This document shows, piece by piece, positions 1-12,737 of a DNA stretch of 64,000 nt. Both the position numbers and the translations under genes were made by a program. Origin of the DNA: Octopus sinensis. Lineage: Eukaryota. The notes under the pieces were generated by a model, which was not told the DNA's origin, ran no database searches, and saw only the letters and a program-made list of their open reading frames with translations. The DNA is taken from assembly GCF_006345805.1 (NCBI RefSeq), contig NC_042999.1, positions 108,438,001 through 108,502,000 of the forward strand, in the 5' to 3' direction. Numbering within the stretch: position 1 is the stretch's first letter; the number at the start of each line of letters is the position of its first letter.

Positions 1-654
1 ATTGCTTAACACATGCATACACAAATAAATTCATCTGTCTGACAGACAAATTTTTAATTGCTGGCATTTCTACTACTGTTAATTAATCCTGTAGTTTTGC
101 TGTTAGCATATGAGAACCCATGAAATGGAAAAATATCTTACTTGGAAAACTGGTATGGGTTGATGAGTGTTGGTGACAAAAAAATGCAACAAGTTGTAGA
201 AAATCTCCCTCAGCAAGTATAGAAAAATGACATAGAAACAAATGAATTTCAAATTGCTTCAACATCATCCTGTGCTATTGATATTAAAGATCCTTGTTGT
301 CACTTTATTAGTTTTTAGTAGTTGGCTTATTTCAATTGATAAATTTGTTAACTAGAAATAACTACATCAAGCAGTTACTGAGTTTCATCGCAAATTTTGT
401 TAGCAAAATGTTTGGTTAAAGTGTAACTTCTTGTTCTCTTCTTTTCTTTTCACACATTCTCTGTGGGTTTGATGGAATGGGCAGTGTGGCTAATTCCATT
501 AATATTCATTCTGAACCTTCACAAGTCAATTGCAGGGAAGGAATTGGGAATTTCTGGACTGGAAAGACTGACCAGAGTTAGTCCCTTATCTTGTTCAGTA
601 TGATCAGTTGAAATTTTGATTTCATGAAATGTTATAGTATATATTTGGTGGTCT

Positions 655-805
655 TTCTTTCTTTCTTTCTTTCTTTTTATTTTTCTTTTCTTTTATTTCT
701 TTCTTTTCTTTTATTTCTTTCTTTCTTTTCTTTTATTTCTTTCTTTCTTTTCTTTTATTTCTTTCTTTCTTTCTTTTCTTTTATTTCTTTCTTTTCTTTT
801 TTTTT
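655..805. repeat. Pyrimidine-rich (TTTC/TTTTA) low-complexity tandem tract
   Basis: Near-continuous TTTC/TTTTC/TTTTA units; source of the F/S/L-rich ORF 624..914. Confidence 0.85.
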
Positions 806-2702
806 TGTAAATTCATTCAGAAAGTATTTTATGATCACTTTTTATCTGAAGTTTTCCTTATTTCCAGAAATGTCTTTATTATTCATATATAGAAAACACA
901 AGACAAGTGAGTGAATGAGAGAGAGAGAGAATGAATTTACATAGTCATTCAGCCTACTAGAAACAGAAGTTAATTACCCTTGAAATTTTCACCCCAAATG
1001 GATGATTGATCACAGCTGTAATTCCATTGATCCCAGGTCTGTTTGATCAAAACTGACCAGCAGCTAAACAGCAACAACAACAATGATGCCTTTGTAAATG
1101 CTGACCTTGTTTATTATCAAAATAAACCAGTTTCTCTAAAATTCACATCCTGTTCCATATATTGATGTTTTAGTGTCAGAACATTTTCACAATTTCTGGA
1201 TTGTTTCTTCAAACCAGAATGAATGTTAAATTACATTATTGCAATGTCTTTCACAAGAGGATCTTGGGAAAATTAATGAAATGGGGAAGAGGATAAAATG
1301 TCATGTTTAATAAAACAAAGAGTGTTATGAATTTTCTAATACTTGGCCAACATCAGTGTGAAGAAAGAAGAATTATATGAGTACAAATATTATTTTGTCT
1401 TCTCGTCAATAAAGAGAAAATAGCAAAGATATTTTTTTTTTTTTTTTATGAGTTGCTGGGATTTCAGTTTTAGAAACACTGCATGCATCTCCTTTATGGC
1501 AAGACACCTATCTCTGTCCCTCTATTCATTCTTTAGTTTCCCATCACCTGGAACAAAGTCACCTTCCTTAATACTACTCTTCCCTCAGTTATGGGGTCTT
1601 GTTTTGCAAGTTATTTGTTGCCCTCAGTACTGCTTCTGCAGGTGCCATGTAAAAAGCGGACAGTGAGCTGGGCTCAGTCCACTAGCTGTCAAACTGTCCA
1701 GCTCATGCCAGCATGGAAGGAGTACATTTAAATGATGATCATCATTGAATCTTGTGACTAGATGTAATTCTATTAACCATTTTGTAAGCAATGCCTCGGG
1801 AGTGAAATTAGTTGATAGAATTTGTGTGGAAGTTCATTATATGTGTGTGTCTGTCTGTATGTAAGCATATATACATATATGTGTGTGTCTGTTTATATTT
1901 CATGAATTAGTGACTTGACAAATATTTTTTTAAACCCTGATGCTTATTTTTAAGTACCAGCCTTAAAAATAAGTTCTGGGATCAATATGATTAGTTGAAA
2001 TCCTTCAGAGCAATGAATGACTGATACAGGCAAAAGAATAAATGAATGTTTTCTAACAAAAATTTATTGCTTCTCTGTATGTAATTTTCAAGATGATTAA
2101 GAACTTTGAAAGGTTTTGTGAGTATCTAAAACTACCATTCAACTGAACCAGAGAGAAATGTTTATATATTGAATCCAGTGTTCTCTTTCATATATTAATA
2201 AGAACTCAGTCTAAGATTTTAATTTAGAAGGGTTGATGTTAAAAGGGCTAACTCACTAAAATGTTTCTGTATATCTATATATGTTACTTATAAGTCTTTT
2301 TATCTATTGCCTCCTTTGTCTATTTTCCTATATCCAACTTCACCTCACCTGACTTTCATCACCTCCTCAATTCAACTGACCTGGTTCTTGCTGCAAACTT
2401 TGAACATCTCTCACTCACAGTTACTTCCTCCCTCATCGGCCACCTTGCACACTACTCCTATCACCTCCTCCACAATGCACACTCCTCTCACCATTTCCCA
2501 CAATACACATACTGGCTTTTTCCAACTATACTCAGTCCATACATAGCCCTTTACGTTTTCTATTTCTTATGTGTAATTTTGAAAACATAATATGAAAGCT
2601 TCTGTATTCTCCCTCTTAATCTCCCAAAAGGGTAAGGGTCAAAACTGCTAGATTTTTCGCTCTTCATATCAAATCAACTCCCTGAAATTATTTTTCTCTC
2701 TA

Positions 2703-3090
2703 CAGGAGTGGCTATGTGGTAAGTAGCTTGCTTACCAACCACATGGTTCCAGGTTCAGTCCCACTGCGTGGCACCTTGGGCAAGTGTTTTTTACTATAGC
2801 CTCAGGCCAACCAAAGGCCTTGTGAGTGGATTTGGTAGACAGAAACTGAAAGAAGCCCGTCATATATATGTATATATATATGTATATGTGTGTGTATATG
2901 TTTGTGTGACTCTGTTTGTCCCCCCAACATCGCTTGACAACCGATGCTGGTGTGTTTACATCCCTGTAACTTAGTGGTTCAGCAGAATAAGTATTAGGCT
3001 TACAAAGAATAAGTCCTGGGGTCGATTTACTCGACTAAAGGTGGTGCTCCAGCATGGCCGCAGTCATATGACTGAAACAAGTAAAAGAGT
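2703..3090 (+). mobile_element. tRNA-derived SINE, family A, full length
   Basis: Head CAGGAGTGGCTATGTGGTAAG with B-box-like GGTTCAGTCCC, CORE-like GCACCTTGGGCAAGTG, internal (TA/TG)n, tail CCAGCATGGCCGCAGTC..GACTGAAACAAGTAAAAGAGT. More than 10 related copies in the window. Confidence 0.85.
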
Positions 3091-3642
3091 GAATTATCAA
3101 CAATTGTTAAATTGGTAGTTAATCCAATTCCCCCCGTTTTCTTGGGGGACATTAGAACTAATGCAATCTCATAGTGATATTTCTTTTGGAATTTCAGTGT
3201 TGAACTCTGAAATGTATGATTTTTATGATAAAAAGTTTGCTTAGAAAGAAAGACTTAATTTATATACCACATAACAAGTAGATATGTAGAAATATTCTTA
3301 CAATATATTCTCTTTATAAATATTCTCTTCTGTGACAGATATGTCTTTGTAAATATTCTTTTCAAGACAGATGTTTTTTTTTTTTTTGTAAATATTCTTT
3401 CAATAATAAATAGATTTATTTTTGTTGTTGTTTTCTCCAACTGTTATGAAATTGTATATTATAAATTTAGTTGGAATTCTTGGGGGATCTGTGAGAAGAA
3501 TGAATGTTTGTCTTACTCTCACACACACACACACACATATGCATGCTTGGCTTAATGTTTGTTTTTATGTTGATTTATAATGAAAACAATTTTACATTAA
3601 ACTGAAAGTTTACTCAATACTTTCTGTAAAGGACATATATCA

Positions 3643-3777
3643 TTATTCTGTTTCAAGAATAGTGTTGACAGTTACTTCAAAGTTTCAGCCAGATTAGCCC
3701 TCATCAGACAGTTCGACAAAGGCTAAGCAGACTGAAACTTCGGAGTTACAGTCAACACAATTCTTGTAAAAGAATAA
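3643..3777. mobile_element. Fold-back MITE with about 48-bp imperfect TIRs
   Basis: TTATTCTGTTTCAAGAATAGTGTTGACAG...TTTCAGCC matches the reverse complement of GACTGAAAC...GTCAACACAATTCTTGTAAAAGAATAA at 40 of 48 positions. Related copy at 59739-59847. Confidence 0.7.
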
Positions 3778-3886
3778 GTATGAGAAAGAAATAAGCTGAA
3801 GAATATTAACTTTTGTGCAACTGGATTATACACACACACACACACACACACATATTTTGTGACGTAGCAGAACTTCCCAGCATAGT

Positions 3887-4287
3887 CTCTTTACTTGTTT
3901 CAGTCATTTGACTGTGACCATGCTGGAGCAACGCCTTTAGTTGAGCAAATTGAACCCAGGACTTATTCTTTGTAAGCCTAGTATTTATTCTATCGGTCTC
4001 TTTTGTTGAACCGCTAAGTTACGGGGATGTAAACACACCAGCATCGGTTGTCAAGCGATGTTGGTGGGGAGACAAACACAGACACACAAACATATACACA
4101 CACACATATATACATACATCTACCAATTCGACAGGCTTATTTCAGTTTCTGTCTACCAAATCCACTCACAAGGCTTTGGTCGGCCTGAGGCTATAGTAGA
4201 AGACACTTGCCCAAGGTGCCACACAGTGGGACTGAACCCCAGAACCATGTAGTTCGTAAGCAAGCTACTTGCCACACAGCCACTCCT
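3887..4287 (-). mobile_element. SINE family A, full length
   Basis: Reverse-complement match along its length to 2703-3090. Confidence 0.85.
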
Positions 4288-4971
4288 ACACCTATTTAAA
4301 AAATGAAAAACATAAAACAACCATGATGATGTTGATGATGACGGTAAACTTCTAAATGAGGTAGTGTACTCAATACATTGAGTGAAGTTCATTACTTCAT
4401 TGAAAAGTGAAAACCAATGATTCACTCCATTGCTTTTAATTCTTTACTAGTTTCAGTTATACAGATTGCAATCATGCTGAGTCACCATATTCCGATGCTT
4501 TCAGTCAGTACATACGTCACTGGTTTTTATTTATTGAATGATTAAGGTAACCTTTTCATGTATAGGAATGCAACTCAAAGCACTGTTATCCATCATGCAC
4601 AAGCATACATACACAAACACGTGTGTGTGTGTGTGTGTGTGTGTGCATGCATATATTTGTCAAGACTGTCACTTTGGTGGTTACAACAAGTGTTCCAGCT
4701 GATCTGATCAACAGAATAACCTGCTCGTAGAATTAATGTGCATGAGGCTGAGCAATCCACAGACATGCATAACCGTTAATGTAGCTCTCTGGGAGATTCA
4801 GTGTGACATGGTATTTCATGAGGCTGGCCATTTTAAAATACAGGTGCTACTCATATTTGCGAGCTGAGTGGACTGGAGCAACATGAAATAAAGTGTCTTG
4901 CTCAATGACATAACACATTGCTAGATATTGAACTCATGACCTCATGATTATGAATACTGTAACCACGTGCT

Positions 4972-5013
<42 letters not shown>

Positions 5014-5149
5014 ATTCATTCATCATCATATTAATGTCCACTTTTTCAAGTCCATGCTTGCATGGATTGGCTGGAGTTTATTGCAACAGATTTTCTACAG
5101 CCAGATGTCCTTCCTGTTGCCAACCCTCACCTGTTTGCAAGCAAGATAA

Positions 5150-6195
5150 TTCTACCCCTTGCCCAAATATATTCATGAGGGTATACAGGGGATCAGATTT
5201 AGTCTGCAAGGGAGAAGACTGTGCTGGTATGGTCATGTAATGCATATGAATGAAAACAGTTGCATCAAGAAGTGCCAAGCTCTAATCGTGGAGGGAACAT
5301 GTGGAAAAGGTAGACCCAGGAAGACGTGGGATGAACTGGTGAGAAAGGATCTTCAGATATTGGGTCTCACAGAGGGTATAACACGTCAAGCTAATTAAAT
5401 ACGTGGTCGTCCTTGTGTACAGGGATGTCCCCTGCTTCTGTCTCCAGTTGAGTGTTCCTAATCTTGCAGGCTCGTGGTTGCTGGTGCCATGTAAAAAGCA
5501 CTCATGCCAGGTGTCACGTGAGAAAAATCTGTGCCCAGTGCCACATAAAATCACCCATGCTAGTGTTGCATAAAAGCAGCCAGTACACTCTGTAAAGTGG
5601 TTGGTGTTAGGAAGGGCATCCGGCTACAGAAACCATACCAAAACAGACATGTAGCCTGGACAACTTTCCAGCTGGCCAGCCCTTGTCAAACTGTCCAACC
5701 CATGTCAGCATGGAAAATGCACATTAAAGGATGATGAAGAATGTTACAGCTTGTATGATAGTGACACGCATTTTACTGCTGTCATGCAATATGAAGGCAA
5801 GGAGACATACATATTCATACACATGCCATCTGACTGACACCCATGCTGGTGGAACATAAAAAGCACCATTTGAGCTCTGGACCTCATGGAGGCAGTGACA
5901 GATGACCAAGACCCTTGGCAATATACCGTGCATGTGTTGACCAGTCAAGCCAAGTGAGACCATAGTTGTGGCAGATGCCGGTGTCAGGTCAATGGCGCCC
6001 ATGCCGGTGGCACATAAAAAAACACGCACTACACTCTGAGTCATTGGCATTAGGAAAGGCATCCAGCTGTGGAAACCTTGCCAATTCAGATTGGAACCTG
6101 GTGCAGCCCCACTGGCTTACAAGTTTTCAGTCAAACCATCCTGCTCATGCCAGCATGGAAAGCGGACATTAAATGATGATGATGATGACGATGAG
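5150..6195 (+). mobile_element. RTE-clade LINE 3' end with duplicated 3' tail (family D)
   Basis: ORF 5159..5398 reads RRLCWYGHVMHMNENSCIKKC..VEGTCGKGRPRKTWDELVRKDL, a typical RTE C-terminus. It is followed by GGTGCCATGTAAAAAGCA...CCATGCCAGCATGGAAA..TTAAATGATGATG tails ending in (GAT)n at about 5740 and 6195. Confidence 0.8.
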
Positions 6196-6694
6196 ATATA
6201 TACACACACACACAAGCTTCTAGTCATATAAAAAAACCTGTTTTTCTTTGATTATTTTTTTCCTTTCCTTTGGACATTTTCCTCTTTCCTCTTTCTGGCA
6301 AAAAGCCATGCTTGAAACTTCACATCTTCACTTTTTTCCATCTTAAACTTTCTCTAAGCATCAGTCTAATACATATGCTGAGTACATTCTTTTGACTTTT
6401 GTTGCTTTTCCAGTTTTTTTTTTCTTTTTTTTATTTGCATGTGTATTTGTGTGTGTGTGTGTGTGTGTATGATGACCTTCTTTAAGTTTTCATTTTCCAA
6501 GTCCACTCACCAGCCCAGGGCTACAGTAGAAGACACATGCACAAAGTGCTGCACCGTAGAACTGAACCCAAAACCATGTGGTTGGGAAACAAACTTCTTA
6601 GCAAGCAGCCTGCTCTTGTACATATATATGTTGTTGGGTAACAGTCTGGGGAAGGAGTGCGCAATACAAACATAGAATGCAATAGTTTATTTAA

Positions 6695-6916
6695 CCCTTT
6701 TGTTACCATATTTCTGTTGAAATTCTCTGTGTTTCTTTCAATTAATTTTAAATATAACAAAAAATTTAGTAAAATAGCTTGGTTATCATTAAGCTAGTGT
6801 TAGGAACATAAATTGTGACTAAGGTTTGGTGGAAGATTTTAATTCAGAACTTATGGAAACTAGACATCTGTACTACAGAGCCAGAGCTGATTTCAGCCAG
6901 GTTGGTATCGAAAGGG
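6695..6916. mobile_element. piggyBac-type MITE
   Basis: TTAA|CCCTTTTGTTACCA ... TGGTATCGAAAGGG|TTAA, giving a TTAA TSD at 6691-94 and 6917-20 and CCC/GGG termini. Confidence 0.75.
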
Positions 6917-7439
6917 TTAAGCCAGTTCAGTGGCCTGTATTTCTAGAGTTTCCAATGTGTGCTGGCTCAGTTTGATTTATTTGAAGAAGCAGTAATAGCA
7001 TAGTATATACATATACATACATGCTTTAGTTTGTGCTGAGTTTTTATTTGAGAACATATTCTTTGTGGAAAATAGCGATTTGACGTCTATATCTTGCATG
7101 TTGACCGTCCACTTTTAGTGGTCAGTCCTTTAAATTTTGTATGTAAAAATATTTTAATCTTTGGATTTTTTTAATATGCTGGGCCACTGGTTTTAATTGA
7201 TTAATATCAATTTCTACCCTTATTAAATTTTATACATACATATATATTTATTTATATATGTGTGTGTGTACACACATGAGTGTATGTATGTAAGTGTTGA
7301 CATTCTATGACTTTGCTTGTCACCGTTTAAGTGAAACAGTGATAGATTGTTTACAATCCTTGTCTTTATTATTACTGGTCACTCAGTACATATAAAAACC
7401 AATGAAATAGAGGGAAAAAATATCCCTTACTTGCATTTC

Positions 7440-9308
7440 TTCTGAATCTTTATGTTCTGAGTTCAAATTCCATCAAAGCGAACTTTACCTTTCATACTTT
7501 CAGGGTCAATGGAACAAGCACCATTTGAACACTGGGATGGATGTAATCAACTTACCCCACTTAACTAAAAATTGCTGGCTATCATCATCATCATCATCAT
7601 CTTCTTTATCATCAACAAGGCAGTGAGGTGGCAGAATTGTTATCATGCCTAGCAAAAGGCTTTGTGGCATTTTGTCCGTCCTTACATTCTAAGTTCAAAT
7701 TCCGCCGAGGTCAACTTTGCTTTCATCCTTTCAGGATCGACAAAATAAGTACCAGCTGAGTACTAGAGTTGATGTAATCGCCTAGTCCCCCTCTCCAAAA
7801 ATTTTAGGCCTTGTGCCTATAGTAGAAAGGATTGTTATTATTATTATTATTAGCTGTTATACGCTACATGAAGTTAGCAGGGATGTTGTCAAGAGACCTA
7901 GTGACAGCAAATTTCCTCAGATCTTTCTTACGATTCTTGCAGAAAATTTGATTGCACATATTCAAAGTCAACAAGGCATATCTCACTTCCAATAACCTCC
8001 AGCCTTTTAGATAGGAACTTGGCTTCCATGCCATGGGTGCCAATAACACAGAAACAATCGTCTTCCACAACGTCTTCATTTCTCTGGCTAGATTCTGATA
8101 TCACTCAATTTTGCTCAAATTCTTTGGTAGCTACTGTATTATCATATAATATTGCATAATCTATAATCATACTCTATTTTTTTTTTTTTGTCCTCTATGA
8201 TCAAATCTCATCTCCTTGCTTCAGTAGCATGGTCAGTCTTCATGAAACAAATCCCATAAAATCTTGTAATTATTATTTGCCATCACAGCAACAGGTTCAT
8301 GTTTATACCACTTTTCTGTCACTTTGGATCAACTCTCTTGGCTAACATTCCAGTGCACTCTTTTACTGTGTGCTGGCTTATTGCATTTACTTAAGAGATG
8401 GTTATCATCATCATTGTCATCGTCATCGTTATCATCTTCATCATTATTATTATAATATTCTGCTGAAGTTGACTCTGCCTTTCATCCTTCCAGGATCAAT
8501 AAAATAAGTATCAATCAAGCACCGAGGTCAATATAATCAACTGTTCCCCTCCTGCCAAATTCCAGACCTTGTGCCTATAGCAGAAAGGATTATTATTATT
8601 ATTATTATTATTATTATTGTTAGCACATCAGACAAAATGCTTGGGTAGCATTCCTTCCAATATCTTACATTCTGAGTTCAAATGACATTGAGATTAACTT
8701 TGCTTGTCATCCTTTAAAAGGGGAGGGGGCACCATAAAATGAAGTACCAGTCAAGTACAGGCTGAGTTCAATGCAACTGACTAAGCCATCCTCCCTTTAA
8801 AATTACTGGCTTTTGCTTCAAAATTTGAAACATTATTATTATTATTGTTAGGGCGGCAAGCTGGCAGAATTGGTAGCACGCTGGGAAAACTGCTTAGCGG
8901 TGCTTTGTCTGCCACTGCGTTCTGAATTCAAATTCTGCCGAGGTCGGCTTTGCCTTTCATCCTTTCGGGGCCGATAAATTAAGGACCAGTTGCGTAATGG
9001 AGTCGATCTAATTGACTAGCCCCCCCCCCCTCCTCCAAAATTTCGGGCCTTGTGCCATGAGTAGAAAAGATTATTATTATTATTATTATTATTTTAAGGT
9101 GGCAAGCTGGCAGAATTGTTAGCATGCTGGAGGAAATGCTTAGCGGTATTTCACCCATCACAACATTCTGAGTTCAAATTCCACAGAGGCTAACTTGGCC
9201 TTGCATCCTTTCAGGGTTAATAAATTAAGTACCAGTGGAATACTGAGATCAATGTAACTGACTCATCCCCTCCCTCTAAATGGCAACCCTAGTGGAAAAA
9301 TTTGAAAC

Positions 9309-9340
<32 letters not shown>
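7440..9340 (+). mobile_element. Head-to-tail array of family B SINE units joined by (ATT)n/(ATC)n
   Basis: At least six units of GGCAGAAT..TTCTGAGTTCAAATTCCGCCGAGGTC.ACTTTGCCTTTCATCCTTT..GTACCAG..CTTGTGCC, most ending in (ATT)n. The array is interrupted by the R4/Dong fragment. Confidence 0.8.
7853..8380 (-). mobile_element. R4/Dong-type non-LTR retrotransposon 3' fragment (restriction-like endonuclease region), decayed
   Basis: Minus-strand translation across frameshifts gives RVHWN..KWYKHEPVAVMANNNYKILWD..KTDHATEARR*DLII, then SMIIDYAILYDNTVATKEFE, YQNLAREMKTLWK and SARIVRKI*. A short 3' UTR then runs into (TAA)n. This fits the PD-(D/E)xK REL C-terminus of R4/Dong. Confidence 0.75.
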
Positions 9341-9342
<2 letters not shown>

Positions 9343-9888
9343 GAATGAGAGAGCAGTGCATGCCATCAAAGTGACACTGGGGTAAAATATACGAAGCCCA
9401 GTATACCCATCATGACTACCTGTTTGATAGGGGTACACCAGACACATGCATCACAATCATATGTGTACAACATGGTGATCTCATATCAAGATAAACAGCG
9501 CATGACCTTGCAGGTGAGGCCCAGTTAGAATTTTCTTCTGGTCAAGTAGCCCATCCTGCTCAAAAGGTCCCTGAATAAGGATTGTTTAAGGATGTTGAAC
9601 AGACCACCCATGTTTCCAAAGATGAATTATCCAAACCTCTAAGAATTCCTTTCAACACACGGCTATGATGCTCCCCCACTACTTATGCTCGTGATCAGAG
9701 ATGCACATATCATCAGCCACTAAGGGACATGCTCAACTGGTTACGGTCAAACAACTGACAAGCAAATCTGTGGTAGTGAGCAGAATGTTTGCTGTAGCCC
9801 ATCTTTTATACCAAGACAAAACAATGTACATGATAACACTTCCAATCAGTTAAGCCATGAGAGCCACTACCTGGTACTGCATCAGAGC

Positions 9889-9890
<2 letters not shown>
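9343..9890. mobile_element. About 550-bp interspersed element (family C) embedded in (ATT)n
   Basis: Closely matches 41351-41879, with a partial reverse copy near 32690-32830. Both full copies have (ATT)n on each side. Confidence 0.8.
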
Positions 9891-9928
<38 letters not shown>

Positions 9929-10459
9929 TATAGATAATGGATAAAACTAATGCACAAGAGTCATGACTTCAGCAACAGATTTAAAGTGCATGTTCAGATT
10001 TATACCTAAGAATGATTGACAAGCAATGTACTAATATGTTGGGTATATTCAAATAATGACCTGCTATAATTACTCATTGATTGTGAAGAAAATATCCACC
10101 AGACTAATATGGATATGTGTTAGTTGTGAAACTGACAGGAATTGAAAATGTTACTGACATATGCGTATTATATTTCTATCCAAAATGCAAATTATGTAAT
10201 GTGTGTGTTGTCACTGTATTATATTGTGTTGCACTATCTAGTGCTGTATGGTACAGTATTGTGGAATGAGGGGTGCATAGTATATAGAGGCATGACTGTG
10301 TGGGTTCAGTCCCACTGCATGGAACCTTGGGCAGGTGTCTTCTACTAGAGCTTGCTTTGGGTTGACCAAAGCCTTGTGAGTTGATTTGGCAGAAAGAAAC
10401 TGAAAGAAGTCCATGGTATGTGTATATACATACATATATATATATATATACACACACAT

Positions 10460-10490
<31 letters not shown>

Positions 10491-10529
10491 CACACACATA
10501 AATATATATATACATACATATGTAGTTCA

Positions 10530-11336
10530 AGCTTCCACCACTAGAAGCCACTTGATGCAACCCTCAGGCATCAGTATCCCAGTTGGCAGTGTCAAGTGCA
10601 GTCCTACTGTTACATGGTGTGTCTTTGCTTTGCTCTGCTTCTCCCCTGTTTGTTGGTTTTTGAGATGGTTGAAACGAAGGAACAGCATGCTTCTATGAGA
10701 TTCTGTTTTCTGCTGGGGAAAACGGCAGCTGCAACAGTTGTTATTCATCGAACAGCTTACAAGGACACTGCCATGAGCAAAGTTTATGAGAGGTTTCCAC
10801 ACTTTGGGAATGGTCACTTGTCCCTTGAAGACCAGCCTTGTTCAGAGCATCCATCAACCTCCTAAACGAATGAAAACATCATGAAAATTCATGAACTGAT
10901 CTTGAAGGACCATTACCAAACAATTGACGGACTTGTTGATATGACTGCAGTGTTCTGGAGCTCCTGCCAACGAATTTTGAGTGAGGAATTGCAAATGCAA
11001 AGAGCTGCTGCAAAACTTGCAACTTTTTCTGATCTTCTTTTAGCAAGTGAGGCACAACTGAATGCATGCCGTGAACTGAAAGAACAGTTGGAAATGAAAA
11101 CTGGTGCTACAGAATTTGCAGATGTGGAAGAGGCAAAATAAAAAATAGAATGGAAGCATTAAAAGGCATCATTTTGCAAGAGTTACAGCACTGCTTTGAA
11201 CACTAGAAAACATGTCTGGACTGATGCATTGCTTCAAATGGAGAATACCTTGAAGACGATAAAAGTGTAAACATGTAAAACTAATTGAATTAAATAATAT
11301 TGTAAAATTCCGGTTTCTTTTGTACCCCCCCCCCCG
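10530..11336 (+). mobile_element. Internally deleted mariner transposon
   Basis: MVETKEQHASMRFCFLLGKTAA..VYERF..GHLSLEDQPCSEHPSTS and IHELILKD..SSCQRILSEELQMQRAAAK match the mariner HTH region. This is joined directly to the C-terminal CFEH*K..CIASNGEY. The right end ATTCCGGTTTCTTTTGTACCCCC..G is followed by TA; no left TIR was found. Confidence 0.8.
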
Positions 11337-11642
11337 TATATATATATGTATATCGTCATCATCATTTAACGTCCGTTTTCAGTGCGAGCATGGGTTGGAC
11401 GGTTCGACCGGGGTCTGGGAAGCCAGGAGGCTGCACCAGGCTCCAGTCTGATCTGGCAGTGTTTCTATAGCTGGATGCCCTTCCTTACGCCAACCAGCCA
11501 TCTTGCAAGCCATGAACTCACTTCATTTGTCGGGTCTTCACAGTCACAGCATATCTCCAGAGGTCACTGTCTTTCATCATTGCCTCTGTGAGGCCCAACG
11601 TTCAAAAGTCATGCTTGACCACCTCATCCCATGTCTTCCTGG

Positions 11643-11669
<27 letters not shown>

Positions 11670-11676
<7 letters not shown>

Positions 11677-11885
11677 TCCAGCGTGTGTATCGTTGGCAGT
11701 TTTTTTCCTCCATCCTCCCTTCCTTGGGCATTTCCTTTTCCTATGTTTTTGACGAAGAGCTCCACTCGAAACGTTAAATCCTCTTCCTTTCTTTCCTTTC
11801 CTGAGCATCCAATAACACTATACTTGTTCCATGTCCTCGCGTTGTTGTGTTTTCTCTTTGTGTTTTCATTTTGATTTAACTATAT
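11670..11885 (+). mobile_element. Penelope-like terminal segment with a decayed hammerhead-type motif
   Basis: A pyrimidine-rich stretch leads to TTTTTGACGAAGAGCTCCACTCGAAACGTTAAA. Related decayed segments lie at about 6240-6430 and 23860-24470. Confidence 0.5.
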
Positions 11886-12737
11886 ATACATATATATATG
11901 TATGTATATACACATACAATGGACTTCTTTCATATGTATGTATGTATATGCTTGTGTATCTGTGTGTCTGTGTTTGTATCCCATATCTTGACAATCGGTG
12001 TTGATGTGTTTACATCAGTTAGCAGTTCAGCAAAAAAGACAGATAGAATAATTATCAGGCTTTAGATGAAAAAAAAAAAGAAAAGAAAATAATGATAATA
12101 CTGGGTTGATTCATTCAGCTAAAAATTATTCAAGATGGTGCTCCAGCATGGTCGCAGTCTAACGACTGAAACGAGTAAAATGGAAAAGATAAAAGACAGA
12201 TGTGTAAATATGATTTGTAGATTAGAAAACAAACCAAGGATGTACAAAGATGGTTAAAAGCTACCATTACTTCTAAGTGGAATTTAATGCAAAACTGATG
12301 GAGTGATAGTGGGATTTTAAATGATTTTTATCTTTCAATAATTCTTTCGATAAAAAGGTTCTTAAGTTTGAGGAGGAGAGACTTACTCTATTATTGATTT
12401 TTGCTTGAGCATATTTTTTTTCCCTCTCTGCTTTTTTCTGCTTCAGATTAAGATGCTGGCACCAAACATCAGTTGGGGAACAAATATTTCATGCTGTGAA
12501 AAAATTCATGTTGAGAAGGTGCATGGAGGTGCATAGCTATACAAACCTGAAAAATGATCTTTAAACTGAATTGATGATAATAATCTGGGTTAGGATATGT
12601 TGAATGCTGAAAGAGTATTTCCATGGATATGATACACAAACAGATGTTTGGCTCTTTAAGATAACAGCTTCCTAATATTATTGTTTAGCTCCCAGTGCAA
12701 CCTTGAACAAGTGCACCTTTGATTAACTCTTTCAATA

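Noticed and set aside
100-215. In-frame TGA suggesting a selenoprotein
   Set aside because: No selenoprotein motif or SECIS is evident, and TGA is frequent by chance here.
624-914. 96-aa F/S/L-rich ORF
   Set aside because: It is the translation of a TTTC low-complexity tract; the same applies to 28955..29311, 19722..20009 and 33522..33713.
7440-9340. Regularly spaced repeats resembling a CRISPR array
   Set aside because: This is eukaryotic DNA; the units are about 200-bp diverged SINE copies with microsatellite linkers, and there are no cas genes.
10176-10698. Several 70-107 aa ORFs
   Set aside because: They run through (TA/CA)n microsatellites and SINE sequence, as do the ORFs near 4.9, 14.5, 17.8, 22.0, 59.2 and 60.8 kb.
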